DNA from: Nanobdellota archaeon | GTDB lineage: Archaea; Nanobdellota; Nanobdellia; Pacearchaeales; GW2011-AR1 | Reading direction: 5' to 3' | Length of the DNA stretch: 64,000 nucleotides | NCBI GenBank assembly: GCA_038045945.1 | Contig: JBBSXC010000004.1 | Location: 224,001 to 288,000, forward strand | Shown here: positions 9,654 to 19,541 of the stretch, piece by piece | Layout: every line of letters starts with the position of its first letter | Numbering within the stretch: position 1 is the first letter of the stretch | Made by a program: the position numbers and the translations under genes | The notes under the pieces: model-generated | What the model saw: the letters and a program-made list of their open reading frames with translations, nothing else | Database searches by the model: none | What the model was told of the DNA's origin: nothing

Positions 9654-9830
9654 AAATAAACAATCAGAAAGAGTGTTTTTAAAGCTTTGGGGTTTCTTGA
9701 ATTTTTTGTGTTTGAAACCACAAGGCCTCAAAATTTAGAAATTTTTGAAGTTAACGATAAGGCAAAAACTAGAAAATCATCAATAGCCCCTCCTGTAGTC
9801 TGTTCAAAACTTGAAGGTTTTGATATTAAA

Positions 9831-9904
9831 TAGCCCCTCCCGGATTCGAACCGGGGTCTCAGGCTCCAAAGGCCTGCATCTTTGACCAACTGGACGAAGG
9901 GGCT
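9831..9904 (-). tRNA. tRNA-Gln(TTG)
   Basis: AGCCCCT...AGGGGCT-A acceptor (A1-U72), arm CAGGC-CTTTGGA-GCCTG, GGTTCGAATCC. Confidence 0.95.
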
Positions 9905-9955
9905 ATAAATTAGAGAAACAAGCAAGGCTTTTTAAAAGTTAGCAAAAATCTCAAA

Positions 9956-10576
9956 CTAATGCCTGTAACGACCGCGAGCCTCAACCTTAGATAATTGATC
10001 AATAACCTTATTAAAATTCTTACTAGAACTATAACCCTTAAGGAAAGACTCATATAAAGAATCAAAACGATCATAATGCTTAGCTTCTAAAGCCTCCTTA
10101 AACAAGTGAACATCAACAGCCTTATCCTCAAACTTTTCAGAATAAAAAGAAAGGCCAAAATCAATAAAAAACACTTCTTTACCACCATTTGGAACGATAA
10201 TATTGCTGCTGGTCAAGTCACCATGAACAATATTAGAGTCATGAAGTTTAGAAACCTCTTTACCAAGAACAAAACAAATACTTTTAGCATTATCAACACC
10301 AGAGCTAGTAAGGAAATCGGAAAGCTTTTCTCCATCAACAAAACTCATAACCAACTTATGATTCTTTTCATCAACAGAAAAAACTGTTGGGGCATTAACG
10401 ATCTTAGAAGCCCTAAGCATCAAACGACCCTCAGCACGGGTACGCAACTTACGAATTTTATCATCAATCTGGAAAATACGATAACCCTTGACAGGACGAA
10501 CCTTAGAAACCGTCTTATCAGAATTCAAAGTAACAACAGCTTCAGCACCAAGACCGATAATTTTAGATTTAACCAT
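9956..10576 (-). CDS. bud32: KEOPS complex kinase Bud32
   Basis: GAEA, RTRAEGRL, VHGDLTSSN, IDFGL, EDKAVD, C-terminal RGRY. Confidence 0.95.
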   Translation of the reverse strand: MVKSKIIGLGAEAVVTLNSDKTVSKVRPVKGYRIFQIDDKIRKLRTRAEGRLMLRASKIVNAPTVFSVDEKNHKLVMSFVDGEKLSDFLTSSGVDNAKSICFVLGKEVSKLHDSNIVHGDLTSSNIIVPNGGKEVFFIDFGLSFYSEKFEDKAVDVHLFKEALEAKHYDRFDSLYESFLKGYSSSKNFNKVIDQLSKVEARGRYRH

Positions 10577-10606
10577 AAAAATAGTTATGAAAAACCATTA
10601 AAAAGG

Positions 10607-11224
10607 TTATTGTTTCCTGTTAAGATACATCCTAAAAAACCAGAAAAAGACAAAAACACCAAGAATAGCTAAACCGGCATCCCAAAGAGTGTCCTGAAAA
10701 GGGGTCATAACATCAAGAACATTACTAATACCAAAGAAGTGAGACGAAGGATCAGCCTTAAGAAAAACGCCCATAAAGTAAGAACCAAACAGTTGATCAA
10801 AAACAAACTCAACAACTTCCCAAAAAAGACTAAAGCAAACAGCTAATAAAGAAGACCTAAAAAGACGAGACTTCTCATCCTTAACAAAAGGCTTGAGAAC
10901 ATAATAAAAAAATAAAGTTATCATCATAGGATTAAAAAAATGAAGAATCTTATCATAATACTGATAAAGATAAAAAAATTCTAAGACCTCGCCAAAAATA
11001 TTAAGCAGCACTATAAGAGAAAGAAAAAGATGAGCATGAAGAGGTATCTTACGAAAAAAGAAATAAACAGATATTAAAGCAAAAAGAGCAATAAACCAAA
11101 TTATAGAGCGATAAGGAACAAAAAACAAATCGTAAATAGCAACTATTAACAAAAATAACCAAAAACAATAATTGGCAATTCTAAAAAAAGAAAGAAACTT
11201 ATTATCTTTAATCATAATTTTCAC
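10607..11224 (-). CDS. Membrane protein (DUF2238/YjdF-like)
   Basis: YDKILHF, WEVVEF, DTLWD motifs in a multi-TM protein. Confidence 0.7.
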   Translation of the reverse strand: MKIMIKDNKFLSFFRIANYCFWLFLLIVAIYDLFFVPYRSIIWFIALFALISVYFFFRKIPLHAHLFLSLIVLLNIFGEVLEFFYLYQYYDKILHFFNPMMITLFFYYVLKPFVKDEKSRLFRSSLLAVCFSLFWEVVEFVFDQLFGSYFMGVFLKADPSSHFFGISNVLDVMTPFQDTLWDAGLAILGVFVFFWFFRMYLNRKQ

Positions 11225-12591
11225 ATCCTTACTTTTTTACCAAACTTCTTAGCAATCTTTTGCATTTGCTCTCGCGAAAGCTGACCAGACTCCAAACCTT
11301 CCATACCGCCCATGCCTCCGGAAGAAAATTCCTTAATCAAATCATACTGCTTAAGCAAAGCCTTAACATCAGAAACTGTCGAACCTGCACCATGAGCAAT
11401 ACGAGAAATTCTAGACTTTTGTTTATCTAAAACTGCCGGGTTATCAATCTCCTCTGGGGTCATAGAATCAATAATGTTCTTCCACTTCTTAATCTTATTC
11501 TCCTGACTACCAAGCATTTCTTCAGGAATCTTAGCCTTAGAAAAACCAGGAATAAGACTAGTAATTTTAGAAAGAGAACCCATACTCTGCATAGCCTTAA
11601 TTTGTTCATAAAGATCAAGAAGATTAAACTTACCCTCCTCTAAACGCTTAAGAGACTTCTTTTGAGAATTCTCATCAATTGAAGACTTAACCTTATCAAG
11701 AAGAGCTTCCAAATCACCCATACCAAGAATCCTAGAAACAAAATTCTCAGGATTAAAAACCTCTAAGTCATTAAGCTTTTCACCAGTAGTAATAAAATAA
11801 ACAGGAGTACCCGTCTGCGAACAAGCAGACAAAGCACCACCCCCCTTAGCAGAAGAATCCATCCTAGTAACAATAACACCAGAAATATCTAGCGACTTCT
11901 TAAATTCCTGAGCCTGACGCTTAACAACCTGACCAATATCAGCAGGAATAACAAGAAGAACATGAGTAGGCTTAACTTCCTTATTAATAACCTTTAATTC
12001 TTCAATAAGCTCACCATCAAGATCATGACGACCAGCAGTATCAAAAAACAACAAGTCATAATCATCAAACTCTGACTTAAACTTCTTAATAATCTTAGAA
12101 GGATTCTTCTCAGAAGCATCAACAAAAACCCGAATTTTAGAATTCTTACCAAGCTGCTCTAACTGCTCAGAAGCAGCAGGACGATGAACATCCAAACCAA
12201 CAATAGCAGACTTAAAACCCCTCTTAGAATAATAATAAGCAAGCTTATTAGTAGTAGTAGTCTTACCAGAACCATAAAGACCAATAAGAACAACACGATC
12301 ACCGCGAGCAAGCTTCAACTCCTTCTTCTCACCACCAATAATAGAAAGAATTTTATCATGAAGAAGCTTAATAATTTGTTCCTTTTTGTCAACACCCTTA
12401 ATACTCTCAGAAGAAGCAACAGCTCTGAGCTCATCACTAATCTGCTTAACAAGAGTAACAGCAACATCAGACTCAATAAGAGCTCTTTGCAAATCCTTAA
12501 TAATAGAATCAACAAGCTTCTTATCAACAAAAATAGCTGAAGCTAAACGATCCATACTATTACGCAAAACGCCAGAAAGCTTTTCAAGCAT
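11221..12591 (-). CDS. srp54: Signal recognition particle protein SRP54
   Basis: GLYGSGKTT, DTAGR, AKGGGALS, M domain IIDSMT..E, RISRIAHGAG. Confidence 0.97.
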   Translation of the reverse strand: MLEKLSGVLRNSMDRLASAIFVDKKLVDSIIKDLQRALIESDVAVTLVKQISDELRAVASSESIKGVDKKEQIIKLLHDKILSIIGGEKKELKLARGDRVVLIGLYGSGKTTTTNKLAYYYSKRGFKSAIVGLDVHRPAASEQLEQLGKNSKIRVFVDASEKNPSKIIKKFKSEFDDYDLLFFDTAGRHDLDGELIEELKVINKEVKPTHVLLVIPADIGQVVKRQAQEFKKSLDISGVIVTRMDSSAKGGGALSACSQTGTPVYFITTGEKLNDLEVFNPENFVSRILGMGDLEALLDKVKSSIDENSQKKSLKRLEEGKFNLLDLYEQIKAMQSMGSLSKITSLIPGFSKAKIPEEMLGSQENKIKKWKNIIDSMTPEEIDNPAVLDKQKSRISRIAHGAGSTVSDVKALLKQYDLIKEFSSGGMGGMEGLESGQLSREQMQKIAKKFGKKVRM

Positions 12592-12647
12592 AAAAAAGAA
12601 AGCAAAGAAGGGATTAATAAAGTTACGGTTTTGAAGAAAAAAAGAAC

Positions 12648-13835
12648 TTACAAACCAAGAGCAGCAAGAATCTTATCCTTATCAAAAGGAACTAAATCAT
12701 CATAAGATTGACCATTACCTAAAAAAACAATAGGCTTACCAGTAACTTTACTCACAGAGATAGCAGTACCGCCCTTCTCATCAATATCAGACTTAGTAAG
12801 AATAATACCGTCAATATTAACAGAATCATTAAAAATCCTGGCCTGCTCGGTAGCATCATTACCTGTAATGGATTCACCAACAAAAAACTTAAAGTCAGGC
12901 TTAGCAACACGAACAATCTTGCCCATCTCATCCATCAAGTTCTGCTTAGTATGCATACGACCAGCAGTATCAACAAGAACAACCTTAATCTTCTTAGCCT
13001 TAGCATACTGAATAGCATCATAAGCAACAGCAGCAGGATCAGAACCATAAGTCTGCTTAATAACGTGAACACCTAAACGCTCACCATGAATAGCCAATTG
13101 TTCAATAGAAGCAGCACGAAAAGTATCAGCAGCAGCAAAAACACAAGAAATATTATTATTTTTCAATAATTTAGCAAACTTGGCAAGAGTAGTAGTCTTA
13201 CCAGAACCATTAATACCACAGAAAAGAATAGTAACAGTAGTGGGAGACTTCTTAATATAATCAATAACATCAAAAGAAGGCTTAATTAATAATTCGTCAA
13301 TAGTCTCACGCAAAGCAGAAGTAACCTTCCCTTTAACTTCATCCTTCTTAAACTCCCGACCAACAAGCTTAGAAGACATACGCTCCTTAATAAAATCAAC
13401 AACGGAAACAGCAACATTACCCTCAAGAAGAATCAATTCCAAATCATTAAAAGAATCAACAAAAAATTCTTCAGTTATAGTAAGATTAGAAAAAACAGAC
13501 TTAATCTTAGAAAAAAACCCTTTTTTAGGCTCAACATGGGGCATAACTGGCTCAGACTTAGCAGAATTATCAGAAGATGATTGAGGTTTATCAAGATCAA
13601 CAGAATCAAAATCATCAACAACTGCCGCAGAATCAACAGTGGAAGATTTAGAATTTTTTGAAGTTTTAGAAACCTTAGAAGAAGACTTTTTAGAGGAAGA
13701 AACAACCCTCTTAGCTACAGGTTTATCAAAAACTTCCTTAACGAGCGGCTTATCAGGAGATGAATCAATAGTTTTTTCAGATGAAAGCCAACCAGCAATT
13801 TTTTTCTTTAATAAATCAAACATTGCAATACTCAT
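12648..13835 (-). CDS. ftsY: SRP receptor FtsY
   Basis: GINGSGKTTTLAK, DTFRAA, DTAGR, TKSD..EKGG, GQSYDDL. Confidence 0.97.
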   Translation of the reverse strand: MSIAMFDLLKKKIAGWLSSEKTIDSSPDKPLVKEVFDKPVAKRVVSSSKKSSSKVSKTSKNSKSSTVDSAAVVDDFDSVDLDKPQSSSDNSAKSEPVMPHVEPKKGFFSKIKSVFSNLTITEEFFVDSFNDLELILLEGNVAVSVVDFIKERMSSKLVGREFKKDEVKGKVTSALRETIDELLIKPSFDVIDYIKKSPTTVTILFCGINGSGKTTTLAKFAKLLKNNNISCVFAAADTFRAASIEQLAIHGERLGVHVIKQTYGSDPAAVAYDAIQYAKAKKIKVVLVDTAGRMHTKQNLMDEMGKIVRVAKPDFKFFVGESITGNDATEQARIFNDSVNIDGIILTKSDIDEKGGTAISVSKVTGKPIVFLGNGQSYDDLVPFDKDKILAALGL

Positions 13836-13876
13836 TTAGATGAATTTATAAGCATTACGTAAGTAAAAATATCATT

Positions 13877-15112
13877 ATGAGAGGTGTATTGATAATACTA
13901 GACGGTGTAGGAGACCGACCATGCAGACTACTAAACGGTCTAAGCCCGCTAGAAGCAGCAAAAACACCAAACCTTGATTGGTTAGCAGAAAGAAGTATCA
14001 TGGGAACACACCAATCAAGAATGGAAGGATTACCGCAATCAGACGAAGCAACAATAAAACTATTAGGGAACGACTTATCAAAACAAAAAATTTCTAGAGG
14101 AATAATAGAAGCGGTAGGAGCAGGAATAAAACTAGAAAAATTAGGGGACTACTTAGCATTTAGAGCAGACTTTGCAACAATAGACAAAAAAACTAGGAGA
14201 ATAATAGACCGAAGGGTAGGAAGAACACTAACAAGCAAAGAAGCAAAAAAATTATCAGAAGAAATAAACAAAAAGGTGAAACTATTATTCGAATTCAAAA
14301 TAACACCAACAGTACAACACAGAGGAGTGCTAGTAATAAAAGGAAACTTATCACAAAACATTTCTGACACAGACCCAGAATACGAAATGCTAGAACCATA
14401 CATACAAGAAGCAAAACCATTAGATGAGAGAATTATAAGCAAGTACACGGCAGAACTAATAAACTACTTCACAAAAAAATCATCAGAAGTACTAGAAGAA
14501 CACCCAATAAACAAAGAAAGGAGAAGAAAAGGATTACTGCCAGCAAACGCAATAATAATGAGAGGGGCAGGAACAAAAAAACCAACACTAAAAAACCATT
14601 CTGACTGGAGAAGCGTAAACTACATGCCAGTAGAAAGAGGAATAGCAATACTTTCAGGAATGAAAACAACAACTTTTCAATACCCAAAAATTCACGGAGA
14701 AGACGTATACAAAACATTACACGAAGGACTAAAAAAAGCATGCAAAGTAGCAACAATAACCTTAGACCAAACAAAAGAAAAATACTTATACATACACATA
14801 AAAGAAACAGACATACCTGGACACGACGGTAATCCATACGAAAAAAAGAAGATGCTAGAAGAAATAGACGAGTTACTAATGGGAAAAATAAAAGAATTAG
14901 TAAAAGAAAAAGGAATAAAAGTAATAATCACCGGAGACCATGCAACACCATGCGAAATGAAAGGACACTCAAAAGACCAAGTACCAATAATGCTAATAAA
15001 AACAAGCAGCCATCATAAAACCGGAAGAAGATTTAACGAAAAAGAAGCAAAAAAAGGAGAATTGGGGATGATACACTCAGAAAAATTATTAGAAGTCTGC
15101 GAATTCTCATAA
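13877..15112 (+). CDS. apgM: Cofactor-independent phosphoglycerate mutase, archaeal type
   Basis: ILDGVGD, TPNLD, SRGIIEA, HIKETD..GHDG, TGDHATP. Confidence 0.92.
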   Translation: MRGVLIILDGVGDRPCRLLNGLSPLEAAKTPNLDWLAERSIMGTHQSRMEGLPQSDEATIKLLGNDLSKQKISRGIIEAVGAGIKLEKLGDYLAFRADFATIDKKTRRIIDRRVGRTLTSKEAKKLSEEINKKVKLLFEFKITPTVQHRGVLVIKGNLSQNISDTDPEYEMLEPYIQEAKPLDERIISKYTAELINYFTKKSSEVLEEHPINKERRRKGLLPANAIIMRGAGTKKPTLKNHSDWRSVNYMPVERGIAILSGMKTTTFQYPKIHGEDVYKTLHEGLKKACKVATITLDQTKEKYLYIHIKETDIPGHDGNPYEKKKMLEEIDELLMGKIKELVKEKGIKVIITGDHATPCEMKGHSKDQVPIMLIKTSSHHKTGRRFNEKEAKKGELGMIHSEKLLEVCEFS

Positions 15113-15198
15113 CAAAAAAAGAAATTTTTCTAACAAAAAAGTTGCGGTGTTAAAGATATCACCATAATAGTTAAAAAAGCAAAGAATCAGTCATTATC

Positions 15199-15777
15199 AT
15201 GATAACCTACAATGACATTTATGAAGCACTAAGAAAAGAAAGATACTCAGAACAACTACAAACACTAACAAAAAAGTTCTTAAGAGACATAGCAGAATAC
15301 TTCGATGACAAAAAAAAGTCATCAGAAAAAGAAGAATCACTTTCTGGAGAAACATCGTCAAAGGGAAAAAAACAATTAGAAAACGCGATTTCAATGTTTA
15401 AAGAACTAATGCTACGGCGCAAGAAAAAAATACTTAACTTAGTGTTCATAGCAGCAGAAACAGGACTGTCAAAAAGAGACTTCGAAAACCTCTTACCATT
15501 CGAAAAATCATTATTTGAAAAAATTATGGACTCGGTAGAAATATCTGATAGAGAACTAAAAGAAATAATGAAAGGATCAGAAGAAGTAACAACACTAATA
15601 TCAAAAGAAAATATGCTAATAGTATTCAAAGAAGACATAGAAGAATTCTTAGACTTAGAGGGAAACAAAACCGGGCCATTTGCTAAAGGAGAAATAGCAA
15701 GCATAAATTCAGACATAGCAAAAATATTAATCGGTGGAGGAAAAGCAGAAAACGTAGAAGGAAACAAAGAAGAATAA
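15199..15777 (+). CDS. DNA replication complex GINS protein (Gins51-like)
   Basis: ERYSEQLQTL...F, RKKKI, C-terminal B domain GPFAKGEIA...A.ILI..GKA. Confidence 0.85.
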   Translation: MITYNDIYEALRKERYSEQLQTLTKKFLRDIAEYFDDKKKSSEKEESLSGETSSKGKKQLENAISMFKELMLRRKKKILNLVFIAAETGLSKRDFENLLPFEKSLFEKIMDSVEISDRELKEIMKGSEEVTTLISKENMLIVFKEDIEEFLDLEGNKTGPFAKGEIASINSDIAKILIGGGKAENVEGNKEE

Positions 15778-15821
15778 AAATAAAGGTGTACCCTTATCAA
15801 CCTACCACAAAAAAGTTTTTC

Positions 15822-16658
15822 TTATAAGCGTAAATTTCCACCAACCCAAGCACGAAGAATAAAAATAATTGCCCTTTGTCTATCTGGAAGGCCACCCCTC
15901 TTCAAATAATTATTCTTTAAAGCAACGCTGTCAATAACAACATCGGGATTATCTCCAGAAAACTCTATGCCGAAAAACTTCCTTAGAGCATTAGGGTTCT
16001 TAGAAACAAAAATTTCGATAAGCTTCATAGCAACAAGTTCAGGATTAACAGTCCTTTCAGGATCCTTAGCACCAAGAAGACCCTCCCTAACAGGATCCTT
16101 ATTACTAAGAGGAATAACCCCAGGACTATCCATAAGCAAAGCATTATCGCCAAAACTCATCCACTGAACACCATGAGTAGTACCTGCACGCTTAGAAACC
16201 TTAGCAGAATGCTTCCTAATAAGAGCATTAACAAGACTAGACTTACCCGTGTTAGGGTAACCAACAACACCAATCCTTAACTTACCAAAATTATTCTTAA
16301 CTTCAGAAAAATCCTTAAAAATAAGAGACTTAAGCTTCTTAAGATCATAATCATCCTTAGAAGAAACATAAACACACTCAGCAATCTTCCTAAGCCTCTT
16401 ACGATCATCATCCAAAACTTCTCGAGAAACAAGATCGGCTTTATTCATAACAAAAACAAGCCTCTTACCAGAAGCAAAAATCTTTGCTTCAATCTCATCA
16501 TTACGAGAAAGATCAGGCATACGAGCATCTAAAACCTCTAAAATAACATCACACTGAGAAATAATCTTATCAATTACTTCCCAGTAACCAAGAACGTCCC
16601 TAGGGATAGAACTTCTTCCCTTAAAACCTTCACGAGGCCTAGTAGTAGCACGATACAT
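15822..16658 (-). CDS. Circularly permuted ribosome-biogenesis GTPase (RbgA/YlqF family)
   Basis: EVLDAR, NKADL, GYPNTGKSS, GTT, DSPG in G4-G1-G3 order. Confidence 0.92.
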   Translation of the reverse strand: MYRATTRPREGFKGRSSIPRDVLGYWEVIDKIISQCDVILEVLDARMPDLSRNDEIEAKIFASGKRLVFVMNKADLVSREVLDDDRKRLRKIAECVYVSSKDDYDLKKLKSLIFKDFSEVKNNFGKLRIGVVGYPNTGKSSLVNALIRKHSAKVSKRAGTTHGVQWMSFGDNALLMDSPGVIPLSNKDPVREGLLGAKDPERTVNPELVAMKLIEIFVSKNPNALRKFFGIEFSGDNPDVVIDSVALKNNYLKRGGLPDRQRAIIFILRAWVGGNLRL

Positions 16659-16835
16659 AAAAAAAGCAGTGAAAAATAGGTTATAAACATGACTATGTCG
16701 AGAATCAAACTTTTCGATCACTTCAGAAATAAAATTTCTGACATCAATCAAGAATTAACATTCTTGATGTGTTAAAAAACAATATGTAGTTTTTGACATA
16801 ACAATACTTAAAAGATATGGTGAGTAATTAATGAA

Positions 16836-17231
16836 ATGAATGAGCGTGTTGAAAATGGTTCTTATATCCATGTTACTGGATACGTAACAGAAGAGGGGCT
16901 GGTCAGAGTAGCCTATCATTTAGAACAAATAACCACCGGAGAAAATGAAGCAAGCGGCGGGGGTGCAAGAAGAAAGTTTGCAGATAAGAAAAGCCTTGCA
17001 GAATTAGGAGATTTATTAGCGACTAACCCTGAATTTGGTGGGGGCAGTGACAAACTAAATTTTTTACATTTAAGGCCTGCTAGAAAAGAAACCCTTTTTT
17101 GTGTTGATGACACTGAATACGAAGATGGAAAATTTGGTTATAGGTTCGAAAGACCAGCAAGGGATGATGAGCTAGCAGAGATAATACAAACATACGCCAA
17201 AGCTATAAAACCATTTTGTGCAGCGCCCTAA
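16836..17231 (+). CDS. Hypothetical protein
   Basis: 131-aa ORF filling the gap; no motif recognised; atypical composition. Confidence 0.55.
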   Translation: MNERVENGSYIHVTGYVTEEGLVRVAYHLEQITTGENEASGGGARRKFADKKSLAELGDLLATNPEFGGGSDKLNFLHLRPARKETLFCVDDTEYEDGKFGYRFERPARDDELAEIIQTYAKAIKPFCAAP

Positions 17232-17238
17232 AAAATAA

Positions 17239-17808
17239 CTACTTTTTCTTTTTTGAAGACTTCTCAACCCTTCTATAACCTAACCAAATAACAAGTACTA
17301 ATTCAACTCCAAGAAGAATAACTCTCATAACCTTTGATAAATCACCAAAAACCCTAATAGTTCCATATATAAGAATCAAAATACCACCAAGAATGAAACC
17401 AGAACCAATAGACTCTAAAGATAAGAATAATCCGGCAGCAATCAAAGCAATACTAATAGGAGCTAAAATGAAGAAAAGATTCCTAGAATAATCCTGATTA
17501 GCTGATTCAAGCTCTACTTGACAAGTCTCACAATAATAAGAAGAGGGGCAACTGCTAGTATAATTAAAAGTTATGTAACCCTTACTATCATAACAACTCT
17601 TCTCATCCGTAGCAGAAACAGTGATGTTCGGGCAGCCACTAACAAGTTCACGATTAACAGTTTTTTCATAAGCAATAGGATAATTATTATTAGTGCAAAA
17701 ATCTTCATACTTAGGAGAAGAATAAATAGCATCAACTAAGAAACCAACAAATAAAGCAAGCAAGATGCCTACTGCAAGAGTTAAAGCAACCTTCTTAATA
17801 TCAGCCAT
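17239..17808 (-). CDS. Membrane protein with Cys-containing extracellular loop
   Basis: 1+3 TM helices, PKYEDFC and CYDSKG...CETC. Confidence 0.7.
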   Translation of the reverse strand: MADIKKVALTLAVGILLALFVGFLVDAIYSSPKYEDFCTNNNYPIAYEKTVNRELVSGCPNITVSATDEKSCYDSKGYITFNYTSSCPSSYYCETCQVELESANQDYSRNLFFILAPISIALIAAGLFLSLESIGSGFILGGILILIYGTIRVFGDLSKVMRVILLGVELVLVIWLGYRRVEKSSKKKK

Positions 17809-17868
17809 AAAGAAATAATGATAACGTCATTTAAAAGGGTTGTGATAAACCCTATCCTAAATAAACTA

Positions 17869-17971
17869 AGCCTCTAGAGGGATTTGAACCCCCGACCCCT
17901 AGTTAATTTGGCTTTTGCTTTTTATTTCAAAAACTTACAAAACTAGTGCTCTGCCACTGAGCTATAGAGGC
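17869..17971 (-). tRNA. tRNA-Thr(TGT) with 31-nt intron at 37/38 (intron 17905-17935)
   Basis: GCCTCTA/TAGAGGC acceptor, CTAGT/ACTAG anticodon stem; BHB formed by TTTG:CAAA helix, TAA and TTA bulges and intron stem GTTTTTG:CAAAAGC. Confidence 0.93.
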
Positions 17972-18052
17972 ACAAGAATGACAATTTAAGACGGTTTAAA
18001 AATACTTTCCTTCACAAAAAATAAACAGAAATTTATAAGAAAATTAGAATTT

Positions 18053-18589
18053 TTATTCTTCCTTAACTTTTTCAACTTCTAAATGCCTAATCTCACAAAG
18101 AGCAAGAGGATAAACTTTCTTAAGACGTGTAAGCATCAACTTCTGAATTTTAGACTGAATAACATCAGAAAAAACATCCTCAGTGGACTTGTCCTTACAA
18201 TAATCCTTAAGAAATTCAATAGTAGCAACCCTTAAAGCATTACGAACAGCACGAGAAACTTCCTTCCTAGTAATAAGAAAAGGCTTAATTCTGAGTTTAC
18301 CATCACTAACATCAACAACGAAAGAATCCTCAACATAACTACTACGCTTGCGAATCATCCTACGAATAAAATAAGGAAGCAAACGCATCATTTTAGGCTT
18401 AGCAACAGCCTTACCATCAACAACATTAATATCAAAACTAGCCTCAACACCCTTGCCTCTAAAAATTCTAGTAAGATCAAGCTTCAAATGACGACCCTGA
18501 AGGTTCTCAAGCTCCACAGCATAAACACTAGAAGTCTCACCAAGCAAAGGGACCTCAACTTCAAAAAACTTTTTTTTAATATTAGCCAT
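18053..18589 (-). CDS. rps3ae: 30S ribosomal protein S3ae (eS1)
   Basis: IRRMIRKRSSYVED, KKVYPLALCEIR. Confidence 0.9.
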   Translation of the reverse strand: MANIKKKFFEVEVPLLGETSSVYAVELENLQGRHLKLDLTRIFRGKGVEASFDINVVDGKAVAKPKMMRLLPYFIRRMIRKRSSYVEDSFVVDVSDGKLRIKPFLITRKEVSRAVRNALRVATIEFLKDYCKDKSTEDVFSDVIQSKIQKLMLTRLKKVYPLALCEIRHLEVEKVKEE

Positions 18590-18620
18590 GGTTTAATTAT
18601 TTTAATAACAGTTTATAACT

Positions 18621-18929
18621 TTATTGCTCAAAAACTATTTTGCTAACTCTACGACTCCTAGCAGGTTTAGATTTTTTGCAAACAGCACAAGTATACATAA
18701 CAACAAGCCTCTTAGTAGCCTTAGTCTTACGTTTCCATTTAGTAACAGCAGGTTTACTCCATCTTCCTTGATTACCGTAACCCCTAGCTCTACCCCTAAG
18801 TCTAGCACGAATCTTACTACCATACTTTAAACTACCTCTCTTATGACCAGTACTAACCAGAACGATCTTCTGCTCAGTCTGCTTATGGCAATAAGGGCAA
18901 AGCCTATTTGTCTTCTTAGGAAGCTTCAT
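18621..18929 (-). CDS. rpl44e: 50S ribosomal protein L44e (eL42)
   Basis: MKLPKK...CPYC, GYG, KATKR....YTCAVC. Confidence 0.93.
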   Translation of the reverse strand: MKLPKKTNRLCPYCHKQTEQKIVLVSTGHKRGSLKYGSKIRARLRGRARGYGNQGRWSKPAVTKWKRKTKATKRLVVMYTCAVCKKSKPARSRRVSKIVFEQ

Positions 18930-19017
18930 AAAATACACTCAAATTATTTGGTTTATAAATCTATGGTCATGATGGACCCATAGTCAAGCATATAAACCTC
19001 CGCCCATTATTAATGTC

Positions 19018-19395
19018 ATGGTTAGGGTAGTATTTGATAAGGGAAAGCAGAAGGAATTTTTTGATTTAATAAAAGAAAAGATAAAACTCTTATCACTAAG
19101 ATCAATAAACCAGTACGGGATTGAAACAAACTACTCCACAATTAAGAACTATTATAATGAAAAAAGACTAATGCCTGAATCATTACTCAAAGAACTATGC
19201 TACTTAGCAAAAATAAACATTGAAGAGTTAAAAGTAAAATACGCTAATGATAACTGGGGTCAAATAAAAGGGGGAAAGAAAGGGATAATAACACTAAGAA
19301 AAAATTATGCTAATAAAGTAGCCTTTTGGAGAAGAAAAGGGGGAAAGGCCAAGGCAAAAAAACATGAAAGCAAGCTATCAACAATCTTTATATAA
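19018..19395 (+). CDS. Hypothetical basic protein with KGG repeats
   Basis: KGKQKEFF, possible HTH region, WGQIKGGKKG and RRKGGK. Confidence 0.6.
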   Translation: MVRVVFDKGKQKEFFDLIKEKIKLLSLRSINQYGIETNYSTIKNYYNEKRLMPESLLKELCYLAKINIEELKVKYANDNWGQIKGGKKGIITLRKNYANKVAFWRRKGGKAKAKKHESKLSTIFI

Positions 19396-19420
19396 GGATC
19401 TAGATTTTCCATTTAAACTC

Positions 19421-19494
19421 GGCCGTATAGTCTAGCTGGTTACGACGCCTCTTTGACGTAGAGGAGATCCCTGGTTCGAATCCAGGTACGACCA
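19421..19494 (+). tRNA. tRNA-Val(GAC)
   Basis: D arm GTC/GAC, arm CCTCT-TTGACGT-AGAGG, CCTGG-TTCGAAT-CCAGG; acceptor has a C3:A70 mismatch; TATA tttatataa upstream. Confidence 0.9.
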
Positions 19495-19541
19495 TGTCCT
19501 TGACGTGGACAATTCCGCAGTTCGATCCTGCGGTAGGGCCA
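19495..19541 (+). ncRNA. Second tRNA-Val(GAC)-like 3' module (anticodon arm, T arm, acceptor 3' strand)
   Basis: TGTCC-TTGACGT-GGACA, CCGCAG-TTCGATC-CTGCGG, TAGGGCC-A, directly abutting the tRNA-Val. Confidence 0.75.

Noticed and set aside
9728-9925. 65-aa ORF, and likewise 19400-19597
   Set aside because: Both overlap clear tRNA genes.
11221-13835. SRP RNA near srp54/ftsY or rps8e
   Set aside because: No intergenic stretch long or structured enough was found.
17869-17971. tRNA-Thr intron as a novelty
   Set aside because: Canonical 37/38 position with a standard BHB, and EndA is present in the window.
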